64,000 nt of DNA, taken from Raillietiella orientalis. Taxonomy: Eukaryota. Within the stretch, counting starts at the first letter, position 1. Every line of letters begins with the position of its first letter. Location of the stretch: the NCBI GenBank assembly GCA_036172245.1, contig JAYWIR010000041.1:620001-684000 (forward strand), read 5' to 3'. Position numbers and translations under genes: made by a program. Shown here one piece after another: positions 1-13,330 of this stretch. Under the pieces are notes generated by a model that saw nothing but the letters and a program-made list of their open reading frames with translations, was not told the DNA's origin and made no database searches.

Positions 1-894
1 CATGGTACACTGGCCGGAGCCTTGCGTGTTTATTGCTCCCGATGATCGACAGTCGAAGAGGGGAAAGTGTATCTGAAGATGCGCCGCGGACGTGGACCGC
101 TAAACGCTGTCGTGCCCTCAGAATTTCTTCCCGTGTACCCACTTGGGAATACCTACCCCTTTTGCACTTCCCGTCTCATAAACGCAGCCAGTTCTGGAAT
201 TTTAAAGCCTTCGCCCGCTTATAAATCAGATATCCAATTTCTGTCGATAATTGAAATAAATTCCTGCTTTTGCGCTTAATGCGTTCCGAACGACCTATGC
301 ACAAATGAGGGTAGATTGGGTAGGAGGAACCGAAGAGGGCGTGCTCTGCTGCTGCTGCTTTCATGTGTGCTGTGATCGTATTCCTTGCACAGGGGAGCCA
401 CAGGGAAGCCCCGCACAGGGGAGTCCCTGCTGCGTCTCCAGGCGACCTGTCGGATGCTGGGAAACGAGGTTTCCTCGCGTCCATCCTTGGCTCCAGGGCG
501 GCGCTAGCAGAGACCTGTTCGCGTTCCTGTTAATCGTTCGATCGCTCCCGTTCTCCTCCCAGAAACAGCAGCCGACTGTCCTTCCACGTTCCCTCTCACC
601 CCTTTGGAAAGGTTCCAATTACCAACTCGACCTTCCGACTCATTTCGTTTGATGAGACCACAAGTTTCGCGACAGCAGCTTCGTTCCCTCTATAAGATTG
701 AAGGGCGCTGTACGTATCCAAGTATTAAATGAACGAGTTTTTCTTCTCATTTTTTCCTTTTTCTTCCTGCGATGAAGAAGAATTAAATGCTAACCATTAA
801 TAAATCATTTCCGGACGCTCTCATTCCATCCACGCAAGCAGCTCGTATCATTGCTGCAGTTTAACAAAAATGATCCCATATTCACAAACCATTA

Positions 895-925
895 GAAGAA
901 GAAGAAGAAGAAGAAGAAGAAGAAA
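895..925. repeat. (GAA)n microsatellite followed by a GA-rich tract
   Basis: Direct reading: gaagaagaag... about ten units. Confidence 0.95.
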
Positions 926-2299
926 GAGGAGAGAGAGGGAGATAAAAAAAGGAAACAGTCATGAATTGCATGAATTTCTCTTTTGAGAGGTAGCTGGAGG
1001 GTTCCCACGTATTCAACATGGTAAGAAGTGATAAACATTACCTCTAAGCATTCGAGCTCATTAGCTTCCTGGCAGAGGCAGTCTGAGGACCAAAACCTAC
1101 CGGAGAAAGCCGTTTGTCAAGATGACTTGAAATACGTGCAGCATCACGTCGCAATTGAATTACAGTCCCTTACAGATAGGCGGTTCGCAGTTCATTTCAT
1201 AGATTTCTCTAGTTGTCAGGCTCCTTGAGGGATGACCGCAAATTCCAAAATATCATGACGGCAACTCTTTATGTCATTTTTCTTTTCTTTTCTTTATTTC
1301 TTTTTTTTTTTTGGCGCTTTCTTAAGACGAAACCATGCTGAAACCAGCACATCTCTTGACACGACGGAGCGCAACGACACACGCGGGTGGATGCAGAGGA
1401 GACATTTCTCGGAGGCACCTGCTAACGGGTAAAGCAGCCGAAGCGCGTTGGGCGCAGAGCGCAGGCGCGCGCTAGCCAAACGCGCGCGTGCGTTTCCTAC
1501 GATCCGTTCGATCCTACGCACCGAACGCTTCGCTTCTCTTTTGCGCGAAATCGCAGTTTATCGTCAGTGCGCCACCTTCAGACTGGGCGGAAGGCGTAGG
1601 CTCCACTCGGCGCCGCTTCTGGGTTTCGAACCAGCGGCTTAATCCGCGCCTCACGGGTGCGCGGTGGCGTCCACAGGCACGGCAAGCAGCAGTGAGATGA
1701 TGCTCCCCCTCCTCCCTTCCTTCTCGGCTCCTCGGGTGCTCTCTGCTTCGCTTCCCCGTTCCCGGCGGTGGCATTCAAGTGGATGGAGAGGAACGGAGCT
1801 CGGAAAGCGCGGGTGCGCGCTCTCTCGCAGAAAGGGCGCGAAGTTCCATCACGGAGTCTCCCCCCCCCCCTTCCTTCCCTCACTTTCCTGATTAAGGGCT
1901 TCCCGGTGCTCCCCCGTTCGGAGCAGGAAACAGTCCGGCTGCTGTGGATCACCTCTCCCCTGCATCGTCCATCCCTTGACTTCCGCTCCTCTTTGGACCT
2001 CCTATGGTCCGAAGCGGAGCTCTTCAGTTGGGCACCGACCGGAGGGAATCGGGAAAAAAACAATGATAGGAAGTGTGCACTCCGTTTCCCTGGAGACGGC
2101 GTCCCGACTAGTTGGTTTCGGCTCCTCGCGTCCCAAACGCGAAGGTCAGGTCAAGCCATGATGGCGCTTCGAACTTCCCCCGGGGACGACTCGCATCCGC
2201 AGATCACGTGACTTCCGAAGCGATGAGGACTGCAGGAGCGAGCAGCAGCTGCCCCTCTTCCTAGCCTGCCCCAGACCCAGCTTGCCAGCACCAGGAGTC

Positions 2300-3100
2300 A
2301 CCATTCCCCACCGGCCGACGCCCCCTTGGACATGACTTCCCGCCGTTTCCAAGGGATTTCTTCTGGGCTGAGACCGAGTCCTCCTTGTGGAACGCGTTTT
2401 TTGCTGCGTTCGAAGGGGGGCGGGTGGGATGCTCCCTCTGGACCAACGCAGAGCCCCGCGGCCCTGGTCTCAGGTCTTTCCGAGACTCGCTGGGCCGGAA
2501 ACGCATCTTCATCATCGATGTAAGAGGTAACCCCAAGCAGTGCAGACGGGCGGAACACCCCCCGCGCCGTGGTGTGAGAGGCAATCGAGCGAGCTGCGCA
2601 AGAGGTCCCCGTGCTCGCGGGTCTCCGTGAACACCCTGGGGGTTCACGGAGGACGAGTGGGAAGACGCCACCACCCTGCAGATCTTTGCTTCCTCTCCAT
2701 TCCTCCGTGAGGTATGGGCGGGAACATTCCAGACGCTGGAGCCGAAGAGGTGCTGCCGCCGGCTGAAAGCTGCTCTGCGACTAATCTCCCGTGGAAACAG
2801 AGCTTGGAGAAGAAGTGGATTTTCAGGCGACCCCGCAGCCCACGGCGCCTCTTCCGCAACGGAAGAGGAAGAGGATGTGAGATCTCATCTCCCGGAAGCG
2901 CGCTGTGCGTCATCGTCAAGGGTGAACTTGTGTACTACGTGGGACGTGCCAGCTTCGGGAGGCAGAGGAGCAAAGGATTTTCTACCGTCCACAGCTAGTG
3001 GAGTCCTCCTCAGTGGTTCGAATGGTCTGGACAGGTAGGAATCGCGGTTGCTGCCTCCGGACATCTCGTGGGGCGCATGAGTGGACGGGGAAGACTGGAG
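2300..3100 (+). mobile_element. Decayed LINE ORF1 (gag-like) fragment
   Basis: Translation 2714..2998 FRNGRGRGCEISSPGSALCVIVKGELVYYVGRASF resembles the G-x-R...IPS-x-I-x-G...V-x-Y-x-GQ segment before the zinc knuckle of L1/Tx1 ORF1. Frameshifted; boundaries approximate. Confidence 0.4.
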
Positions 3101-4599
3101 AATAACAGTGGGGGGTGTACGGAGAAGGGTCGCCACCGGCTGGAGCCCCACAGTGGAGGCACCCCGGGACGCTGCGAAGGAAAGGCGGTCGCTTCCTCGA
3201 GGCGCGCATGCGCGAAGAGCTGTGGTCGTTCCGTTTCCTTTGGCTATCTTCAGTGATTCCCAGCATCTCCCGTCGTGGAACCTCTAGCTCGACGTCTCAT
3301 GCAGGCAGCGCGCATGTGCATGGCGGGCACGTCAGTATCACCCCCACCCGTGCTTTTTTGCTTTGGCTGTGCACTGGCCGAACGGCCTCAGAGACCTCTT
3401 CATTTCGCTTTCTCCGCTTTTGCTGCATAAGAAGAAACCATCACCAACAGGGAAAAATTCTAGAAACTTCCAAGAATGTCCAGACTGTGGCTGTATCCAC
3501 TTGAGGACGCATTTTTCTTTCTTGTTTTCTTTCTCGTTCGTCCTATGTTCAAGAACAACCCTTGTGTCTTCATCTCGGGAAGAAACTGGATCGGCTCGAT
3601 AGCAGTGGGCCAGGAGCGATCCTCGACGGACGCTCCCTCGATTCCCGGCTGACTTAGTCAGCGGGCATCCTATGGACACACCAGCGCCGTCCCGCGGCGG
3701 GGACCGGAAACCTCAGCGTCGATTTCGAACGCTCGGCGCCGTGCTCGCACGACCGCCGGCGCCTTCCGGCATGGGGTCCACCTGGAGTCTCCTCACTCTC
3801 AGCAGTATCCTCCTCTCCTCTTCTTTCCCTCTCCCTGCTCGCAAGCGGGCTTTTCGGATCCCGAACGAAAAGGTCACGGCCGATCTAAGGCACCCCATCC
3901 TTGGATTCCATTCCCCCTTTTCCACCAGCTGGCTGAGGATGTCGCAGCGGTCCTTTGGTAGCCGACCTCGGCGAAGAACCAGCGACGTTCCGGTGAGTCG
4001 GTGCGCATCCGCGAGTGCTGCAGCTTCGGCGAAGCTTCCCCTGAAGCAGTGTCGATGACTTCTGACCCTCAGGGGCGCGCGTACAGCTCGCTTGCAGTGC
4101 CCCCGAGCGTGTCTCCCGACCCGTGCACACTCGGGGAGACTGGGGTCCTGACGGCAGCTCTCTATTTCCAGCTCTGGATGAGGACCACCCGAAACAACAG
4201 CTCAAGACGGCCGTGACCGAACGGATTTTCCTCTCCGCGCTGTCCAGGCGGGTTGGACCGCCACCCGCCACCTTTCAGATTTCCCTCTTCGAAGGACGTT
4301 ATTAACGAGTGGTGGGCCACCCACCTGGAGGCCAAGATACGAAACGAATTTTGGTGAGCTAGGAAGATGCTTGGGCGTTGGTCACCTCCTGCCGCGGCAT
4401 TGCAGTATCTCCGGTACGGGGAGAGCAGTGGGACACACGCAGAGCTGGAAACGAACGGGAAACGCTCGGCATGTCCACCCGCCAAATAGGTGCTGGGTCA
4501 AGTCCCTCGATATCCCTCTTTTTTCCCTCAGAAAAAAGGGGAAAAAAAAGGACCGAATTCGGACCGAAAATTCCACCGACCTTCTCTTCCGTTCGCCAT

Positions 4600-7540
4600 C
4601 CTCCGGGATGGAGGCAGACCTTCCACTTTCACGCCTTCGGCTTCTGCGGACACCTCCCGCGGTGCACGGGGAGTGCATGGCAGACCCTTGGAATGGAAGG
4701 GGACGTGGCGGCGCAGGCGTGACGGAGAAAACCGAGGTCGGCAGGAGGCCGAGTCCACGGGAATGGAGATGGACGTCTTCTCAGCCCCCGCGCGCTCATC
4801 GCGCCTGCAGCGATCGGGGCAGAAGGACGAGACGTTGACGTTTCCTGAGCCGCCCCCACCTCGGCGCCAAGGCGAAAGGCGACCGTGGTGCGCGCCAGCG
4901 TCCGGCACAGCTGCTGCGGTGCTCCAGGTCCATGGCAGGGCTTCTAGCTGCGTTTCCGGTCGCTGCTTAGACAAATGGCGAAGAATCCTTCGTGATGCAC
5001 GTGCCAGATTGGGTGGGCCCCGTCTGTTCCTGGGCAGAGGCTCTGCGCTTGCCCCGGACCACCCTGCGCTCCGGGGCAAGCGCAGAGCCACCTCCACCCC
5101 ACTCGGCGCTGAGGCAGCGTCGCGAGAGCTCAGGACGCTGGCTCTTCCGTCAGCCGACGGAGGAGCCGCAGGTGGAGACGAATGTGGGGACGAGGCGCTC
5201 GGAAACCCCACGGCCTCTGGAGGTGACTAGGGGAGTTGCAGTCGGAGACGGCTGGAGGAGAGTCGCCTGCTGGAGCTCCACGGTGGGGACACCCGCCCGA
5301 CCCGACTCGTGGCCTCTGGCGCTCGTGCAGAGGGCGGCGCGAGCCAGCATGTGTCGTCTGACCGGCTCGGACGCCCTCGCTGGGTCGAGGAAGCGGAGAT
5401 GCCGCGGGAAAGAGTCACCCCGTCGGGTGCTTTCACGTGGATCGCCAAGAGCAGCGATGTTCTGGAAAAGCTGGGAACTCCCAGAACCCCCACGCCAGGC
5501 ATGTCGTCGGGATGGTAGTGCAGTCGTGGGGGCCGGGGTCTGGCTGGGACGCCCTCGCTGCGGGCGACCGAGCAAGCGCGCCTGCGCAGTCGAGCCGGCC
5601 GCGAGGCAGGGCCGGCGGCGGCATTGTTGCAGCGGGCGCGCTCGGCCGACGCTTCGGGCCTGCGGGAAAAGGTTGCGAGTTCGAAACCCGCCAGTCGCTC
5701 GAGCCTTCGCCTCGACTAGGAGCAGTCTCCTCTCTTGAGCATCGGCTCTTTGTCAGCGGAAACTGGGCAGGTCGAGGAAGCTGAGGGGGAAAAGGAAAAA
5801 AAATCCTTCCACTGAGTCTCCACAATCCCAGAATCTTCCATAGGGATGCCTTGTCTGTTTGTTGCGCCCCGAGAGGAAGCTGTTGGGAAACAAAACCAAC
5901 GCACAGTAGTTGCTCCTTTCAGGACGAGGCATCGTGCTGCCGCCTTCCACCCTCCTTTCGTGGGGTGGGTCGCGCTCTGCGTCCTGTCCTTCCCTCTGTT
6001 TTTTTTGCTCCTTGTCGCCTCTGAGCGCACCCATCGTCCCGGTCCCACCCGAGGGATTATCTCTCCCTCTGCCTCCTGCGGCTTTTCCGGAAGACGCCTC
6101 TCCTCGGGCAGCCCTCCGGAGAGAGCGCCCGCCCCACCCTCCGGTGGTGCTGTCTCTGTCCACCCGGGGACCTTCCCAGTCTGCAACCCTCACCCTACAT
6201 CTGGCGGTGGACAACCCTCGTGACGAGGGGTGGGGACCCACGTCCTTGAACGCAAAGAATGCGCGGAAAAGGAGGAAGGGTACGGGGGAGGGGCAGCCCA
6301 TGTTCCCTTCTCTTCTAAGGACGAGGACCTCCGCCTCACCCGCACCCGCCGTGGCAGACCCGATAAAGGCGAGCGCGAAGTTCGAGGAGACTCGAAGAGT
6401 TTCAGACCCGCAGCTCCCGGGAGGAGACGAATTCTTTGCTGGCGGGCAGTGACCACCGGGAAATCCTTCCTGGACGTCACTCCGACATTTTCGGTTCCCT
6501 TACCCCCGTGACTGCGCGCGAGGTCTGGAAGACGACCCCGGGTCGGTATCGCACCGATGCCTTCCAAGGTCTGCCCAGAAGATGCCCCATCTGGCCCACT
6601 GACGGCCCCTTTGCGGGCCGTCTTCCAGCTTCCGAGTTAGCGATCGCGGTAGCCAAGGCGACGGAAGGGCGCGGAGCCTCTCGCGCTTGCTGACGCCTTC
6701 AAGCGGGGGTGTGCAGTGTGGGACAGTCTCAGGACCGTCGCCAACGGTGGCGGCGGCGCCCCACTCCCGCGCCGACGCAGTTGGTTCGGCCCTTCCGCCC
6801 CACTCCCGTCGCCCACATCACGCCTTGGACCCTTCTGCTCGAGATCCGGCACACGCGCCACCCCTTCTTAGTGGGCCTGGTGCCTCCACTTGGGAAAGTC
6901 CCGGCTGGAGAAATCGAAGTCATGAGGACGGAGCGCGCCACGGTCCAGGCAGCGGAGGCTGCGGGAATAGCGGAAGTAGGCTCTCCTCGTCACCGCCGTG
7001 TTTTCTTGCCGCAACCGTTCTCTCATCTTCTGCGAACGCGGTTCAGCAGTCCTGGACGGGAGAGGCTGTCATCACTTCTGCGCTTCCTCCGGACTCCAGA
7101 CACTTCGGTAGGAAGGCTGTACCGCCTCCGGAAGGGACTTGGAGTGGCTCAATCGGGATCCCATTCACCGAGGCAACCGGTCCTACGGGCCGCTCGAAGA
7201 GAGGGGAAACTGAGGACGCGAGCCTCCTCCGGACGTACTTCTGGCGCTGCTGGCGTCCTCAGCGTCCTTTGCTGCCCAGGGTATCTGGAGACGGGCATCG
7301 GCTGGTACGCATCTTCCGGCGTTCATCCTTCCTACCTTTCGCTTCCGCTGCTGGCGGTGACCCCGACGCACTCCCCCGCGACCTCAGGCAAGGGCGCGCA
7401 AGCACCTGCGGAGAGGCGGACGTCCCGCTGCGACACGCGCAGGTCCGCGGATGCGAGGCACGGACCCGGTCCCGCCACGTGCCCGCACTCTTCTCCGCTA
7501 GGGACCCGTTTCCGGGAGGTGCCGAGGAGGCGCTCTAAGG
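4600..7540 (+). mobile_element. Decayed L1/Tx1-like LINE: ORF1 tail, endonuclease remnant, linker and RT remnant
   Basis: 6436..6693 GSDHREIL...FQGLPR...GRLPASELAIAVAKATEGRGA matches the pre-RT linker (P-x-T-x-EEL-xx-A...GKAPG). 6709+ has RPFRPTPVAH (cf. NWRPISLL) and KGLGVAQSGSHSP (cf. RGVRQGCPLSP). Many frameshifts. Confidence 0.55.
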
Positions 7541-7549
7541 GACAGGGAG

Positions 7550-7900
7550 GAGGGAGCCCACCGCGGGAACCGGAAAGGACCGGGCGGGCGATGTCCTGGC
7601 GGCCGGTTTCCTCCACGGGCGTCTGCGAGAACGAAGGGGTTCTCCGCGTCCATCGCCGGTGGTGGACGGGGCAAGGAGGAGGGAACTCTGAACCGGAAGG
7701 GGCCGGGCAGTCGGGAGGATTCGCCGATCCTCGCAGCGGTCGTCATTGTCGTTGTCGTCGGAACGGGCCCTCCCGGGAGGAGGGGGCCACTCCACGTGCA
7801 TCTCCGCCGCCCGCGGTGATGGCGGATGGGGCAGAGAGGAGGGGCCCACCGCAGGGACCGGAAGGGGCCGGCCGGCCGGCCCCGCGGGGCGGCGGGCCGT
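7550..7900 (-). mobile_element. LINE endonuclease C-terminal remnant
   Basis: 7498..7746(-) SSRLPGPFRF...NPFVLAD...RPPGPF resembles the SRLDRF...PFSDH...GPG-x-W end of the APE domain. Confidence 0.3.
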
Positions 7901-8399
7901 CGCGGCGGTCGGATTTCCTTGTGTGTGCCGGCAATTACCGCGCAAATCGGCGTTCCCCGCGCGTCTTCCGCCGTTCACGAAATGCGCATAAAGTCGGGCC
8001 GGGGGGGGGGCGGAATGAGATCGGCCCACAGCCAAAGCGTTTCATTACGCGAGGCAACAGCGTGGGAAAGCCTCTCCACCGTCCGCGGACCTCGAGGCCA
8101 AAATGTTAATTATGATGCAACTCGGTGAGAGGGCCAACTGTTACCTATTTACATCAAATTACATACACCGACGGTGATTCCGCGGAGGAAATACACCATT
8201 TCCTCGCAAAATAAATTCCCGTTCAACGTAAATGCCAACCGGAGCTGCAATTTCCGGAGCTGAAAAATCGACAGAGGTCGTGACCGCCCCTCCATGTACG
8301 ACCTGCCCAATTCCGAAGAGGATCCAGCAGCTCGGTCACGTCGGAACACTTAAGGACAAGGCATCGGGCTCTCGCGGCGAAAATGGAGACGCCGTCGAC

Positions 8400-11300
8400 G
8401 ATCCCGTTCGCTCAAAGAGACATCGTTGCAAAACACCCCCGCGCGGATGATGTCAATGGATCCCTGATGATAGATCCGCGCGGGATCATTACCGCGTTTG
8501 GACGGGCTCGCCCGGTGGAGTCCTCAGCGGGGAGCAAAGCACGCCGGGGCGGTCCCCCCCAGCCCTGCTCCGCCGACGTCCCCCCGTCAGCGGCGGCGTC
8601 CAGCGCGACCGCAGACCTCCTCGCCCGCGCAGGCGCGAGCGCGCGCGCTCGTGGCAGCTGGTCCGCTCCCGGGAAGAACCGCGGCGGCTCGCCGCCAGCA
8701 CCGCCGCTGCCTTTCGCTCCGCACATGGCGTCTCCCGCGGACCGGCCCTCGCGCTGCCGCAGCAACCGGGGAGACGGCCGAATTCATCTTCATCCCGCGC
8801 GGATGTGTCACGATGCGCCGTTCGCTCCGCGAGCTCCGGCCCGGTGGGAACTCCGACGGACGCGGATTTAATCAGGGGAGGAAAATTGGCTGACCTTGCG
8901 CAGCCTTTATCACACGCGGGCTCCGTCTTCCCTCGGAAGAGATCTCGATTCGCACGATCTGCGCGCCGAGCATCCATCTCCGCCGGAGTCCTGTCAGCGG
9001 CTCAGCTGGCCGCGGCGCACCTCCTGGCAGCTTCCTCGTTCGGGCGGCTTTGAACTTCACTCTCCGGCGAGAGGCAGCTCCACTCGTGCTGGACCTCTTT
9101 CTGCAAAAGAGGAAAATAGGCAAGAGGAAGGGAAAGGCACTTTCCTCCCACCCGGGGTTCGTGTCCAGAGCTGATAGCCTAGGCAAGGTAGCGTAGGGAG
9201 AGGGTGAATAGGTCGAATAAGGCAGGTGAAAGAGTAGGCAGGGTGAGGCAGAACAGGTCAAATGAAGCAGGGTGGTCCAGGCTGATTAAAAGGTTAGGTA
9301 GGATAGTGTAGGACAGCGGTAAGTGGGACAGAATAGGTCAAGTGAAGTAGGTGGAAGGGTACGCTAGCTCGCGTAGTTTTGTATGAGGTTCTATTCGTCC
9401 ATTGGAGTCAACTCCACAAATTATGTCCATGAAAACGGACGTCTATGCCATGCGGAATCCAGGCAGCCGAGTGGATTAGGTTTGATGTTGGCAAACGGAG
9501 AGTAGCATCTTCATCGCCTTCGGAAAGGTGATGATGCTGATTGCCACGGGGAAGCGTTGCTGTGAAGAGAGACGGATGTCCCTGCAGATTCGGATGCTGA
9601 TCTCCATGGCACAGGAGCAGATGTGGTCCTTTTGCCTTCTTGTTTTCCTCTCTCCACATCCGTGGGTCGCCCACGCTCTCTACGGCCTGGAAGGGCGGTT
9701 GCGAAGGGGCATTCTTCCTCCTCCTCCTGAGAACGCTACCGTTCAGGGTCCTCTTGAGGCGCAGCCTCTGGGTCCTCCCTATGCTTTCGAGAAGAGAATC
9801 GTGGGACTAGCGGGCCTCATCCCGAATGTTCCTTGGGAGCCATTCCGCTCCAAGGGGTCGCCAGCCATCTCGATCACGTCGACTGTAGCGAGCACCTGGA
9901 AGGGAGAGAGACAGGACCGGTCCCGAAGAATGAAGAGCAAACTGGATCCGGAAGGAAGGATGAAAGTTCCGGAAAGTCGATAGGGTATGCTGCTGACAAG
10001 GAAGCCTGAAAAGGACTAGATGAAGGGCGAAACTCATTTTGCGAAGGAACAGATCGGAACCTCCTGCAATGGAGTCCGCGAAAGCGGTCAAACCCGTCTT
10101 GCTTCTGTTGCTAGCCCCACAAGCTGTCCAAAGAAAGGAACCTGGGAATCGGCCCCTTCTCCGGAAGGGGATTTCCGTTGCGATTCAGCCAGATAACGGA
10201 GAGTTGGGTTTGTCGGCTGGGAAACGCTCCGGTTTCCGAGCCTGGGACATCTGGGAGGAGACCGAGGTCGGTCTCCTCCCAGATCTGACACTGCTCCCAA
10301 GGGAGAGAAGAACGGCCACCCTGGACGTTGCTTTCCTCTTCGAGGACATCTCTGACGCCTCCAGAAGTGCTCCAGAAAGAAAAGAGGCCAGGCTCAAAGA
10401 CCTCCATATCAGACGCCTCCATATCAGCTGTGGATGTCCTTTAACCGTCCGAGTCAACAGCAGTCACTTCTCCAGGCACCTGGGGTCCCTGCGGTGATGC
10501 GAGAACTGGAGATCCTGCGGTCACACCCCGATAAGATAAGGCGCGTCGCGGCTTCCACTTCGAGGTCTCATCATGATCGCGACATTTATTGGATCCGCAG
10601 ATATCGACATCCTTCTTCCGATGAGGAAGACTCGCATGCAGAGACAAGACCAACCGATGAGGGAGTAGGTGGAGGATCTTTGGAAGCGACCGCACAGTCT
10701 TCTACTCATGGAACAGGATGGACAGAACGGGGATGCAGATGGTGAGGATCGCAAGGATGTCGCCCCCTCTATCCCATGCAGCGCCTTCGTTTTATCATGA
10801 ATATCAAGAGATGGATAGGAAGGTTCTCGAAAAAACCACAGATTCTTGAAGGCAGCCATCCTTGGGTTCTTTGTTTTAAGGCCGTTCCTACATACGGAGA
10901 TGTCTTGAAAGCCACGTCTGTATCCGGTTCTCTGAAATCCTTATCGCCTCAGATTGAAGGTGCTTTCAGGAAAGAAATGTCGGAAGAAAAGGGGACGAGA
11001 ATGGGAAGACTTGGGAGGAGAAGGAACGACGGAGGAAGGAGAGGGACCCGATGGGAGGAAGAGGCACCCGATATCTCGGAGAGACGGCTGATGGACCTAT
11101 CAAGAAAAATCCCTTGAGCGGCTTCTGTATCGCCGGATCCTGCTCTGCGCGGAGCCGGGAACGAAGGAACGTTGGGAGCAGCACAAGAGACGTTCCTGGA
11201 ACGACTCCATCTGGCTTAATAAACGGGATGCAGTCGAATGATGAAGATAAAAGCTGAAATTTTACCGTCCTGCCTGCTCTTTCGCGATGGGGCAGCGGGA

Positions 11301-13330
11301 AACCCTCCTCAACGCCGCAGGCGGTGGCCACCCGTGCCCGGTTCTACCCACGAGCACCCGGAAACGCTAGGTGCTGGACTGCGTGCGCCATTCCCTCCGT
11401 GCTGCGCGCCGTCAGCCTCCCGGGGATCGACGACGCTGAGTTGCTCGTCCGAGCGTCCCGTGACGGACGCGCCTTCGTCGCTGCGATCGCAGCCTTGGAG
11501 GCGACCTGGAGGCCTGCCGACCACTGACTGGCACCCGCTCTTTCCTCCTCCCTTCTTTCTTTCCTCCTTCTCCTCCTCCTCTTCCTCTTCTACTTCCCCC
11601 CTCCTGGCTTCCTTTCTTTCCTCTTCCTCCTTCCTTCCTCTTCCTTTTCCTTCCTCCCTTTCTCCTCCTTGTCCTGTTGCTCGGCCGCTCACGGAGGCAG
11701 GCAGCGGCACCCCTTTCCGTCCGAGAGCGCCGATTCCTGCGCGTCTTCGCTGGCTGGCCAGCAGCCGCCAGCTCCTCGGGAAAGTCCTCTGGATCGGGGG
11801 CGGTTTTCCGGGGCGCGGGAGACACGGCAAGAGTCCGGCCGCTCTCCCCCCTCCCCTTCCCGCGCGCTTGGGGGGATGGGCGAATCGCAAGCCGGAGGCG
11901 TTCGCTGCCGGGAGCGCGGCGTAGCTGCCGTCTGGAGCGGGGCGTGGCCTCCCCACCGTGCCCTCCGCTTCGCAGAGGGGACGTCCGGCACGCCTGGCGT
12001 CGAGCCTCGCGCGCGTGCCAGAGGCGGTTTCCTCCCCCGCAAGCGCATCCGGCGGGTCCCCGGTGCTGCCCTTCCGCTCGACGCAGCGGGCGCTGCCCCC
12101 GGACGCTCTTGGTGTTGCTGCTGGGTCTCCGACGTCGCTTCGGGCATTCCACGAAGAGTCGGAGGAGCGAAGGGCTTCTTCGGAGAGGAACATTCCCAGT
12201 GCACTTGAGGCAGCGTGCCCTGGGGCTCTGAGAGCAGTCAGCAAATCCCGAGGGAATCTACCGCAGCGCCTTGGGTCTTCCTGAGCTTCTCAAGCGAAGG
12301 TCAGCGATGCAACCGATAGGCAGGGACTATGGGTTCAGGTAAGCAAGGAGGGAGCGTCTCAAGGAGGAATGGTTCCCGGGAACTCGGGGATGCGGCTGGA
12401 TGATGAGGCGGCTCGGGAGGAAATTTTTCTGGTTGGCGAAGAAGCAAGGGCGTGCGCCTATGCAGTACGTGGAGATTGGCGCTCAGAAATGGGGAGCACA
12501 GAGGCCAGTCCGGTTCCTGCTGACGGCGGATTGCATCGTTGCCAGTCTGCGGCGTAGGGGGCGCAAAAGGAAGATGAGGAAGTCTGGGAAACGGAGAGCA
12601 GCTCCCTCGGGTGTGGGGTAGTCCGCCCACGGAAGCCAGCGGAGTCGTCTGCGCACACTCGCCACTTCCGCAGCCGCGGCGCCCGGGGAAAGGAAGAGGC
12701 GGCAACAGCTGAATGGAAGAGCACCCACACTGTCGCTGGTGTGGCCGAGGTTCGTAGCGGCCAGACGACATCCCGGGACTGGCGAAGGCGGAAGGTGGAC
12801 TAGCCTGGGGAAGGGGTATGGCCGTATCTGTCGAGCCCTTCGTCAGCCTGGAACACCTTCTGAAGCTCCTGGAGCGTCTCGGTCTTCCCAGCATCGCTGA
12901 CGGGAGGCGTCCTCGATTCGATGTTGAGAGTTCGGTTGGTTCCGCTCTTTCGAGCTTCTTCCACCTGCTCCTGACCTGTTGCGAATTTCAGGAGTGCTTC
13001 CAGCGCGCGGGGAACGGACAGACGCAAACGCACCTTACCGAGTGCTTCAGGAGCTCCGCCTAGCGCGCCCCCCGGCGTTCCATCCCAGCCGAGGGCAAAC
13101 CGCCAGCACGGTGCAAAGGGATTAGCTGGATGGGTCGCCCGCTCGGAAGTGGAACTCAGCCTGAGCCGCTCCCTCTCCCCTCTTTCCTTCCGCCTTTTGG
13201 ATGCAAGGGGAGTGCCAATAGCGGTCTCCCTCTGGACTTTGTCGGCAGCCTGGAGTTTTCCCAGACAGTCTGCTCTTTCCCAAAGAACGAACGGGCGCCC
13301 GGGATTCCTTCTTGCCCTACGATTCAACCT
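8400..13330 (-). mobile_element. Mosaic of decayed LINE ORF1, endonuclease and linker on the minus strand
   Basis: The ORF1-like block at 12.3-13.1 kb shares motifs with ORF1 copies at 29.3 kb and 31.2 kb. STFNLR at ~10.96 kb resembles the ORF2 start (TxNxRG). 9408..9674 has DPRMWRE...PHGIDVRF, and 8489..8977 has ERKAAAVLAASRR (cf. KAxGAxIRSR). Confidence 0.45.
9175..9360 (+). repeat. Degenerate purine-rich pentamer array, (NNAGG)n-like
   Basis: Direct reading: aatagg tcgaataaggcaggtgaaagagtaggcagggtgaggc...aggttaggtagg. The unit cagaa(c/t)aggtcaa(a/g)tgaag occurs twice. Confidence 0.55.

Noticed and set aside
5660..5695. B-box-like gagttcgaaacc suggesting a tRNA
   Set aside because: No A box or cloverleaf, and it lies within the LINE relic.
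6709..8109. 466-aa ORF, and other long Arg/Pro/Gly-rich ORFs at 4.5-5.7, 11.2-12.2 and 27.8-29.9 kb, as host genes
   Set aside because: All frames are open because of high GC. Recognisable motifs are retroelement remnants scattered across frames.
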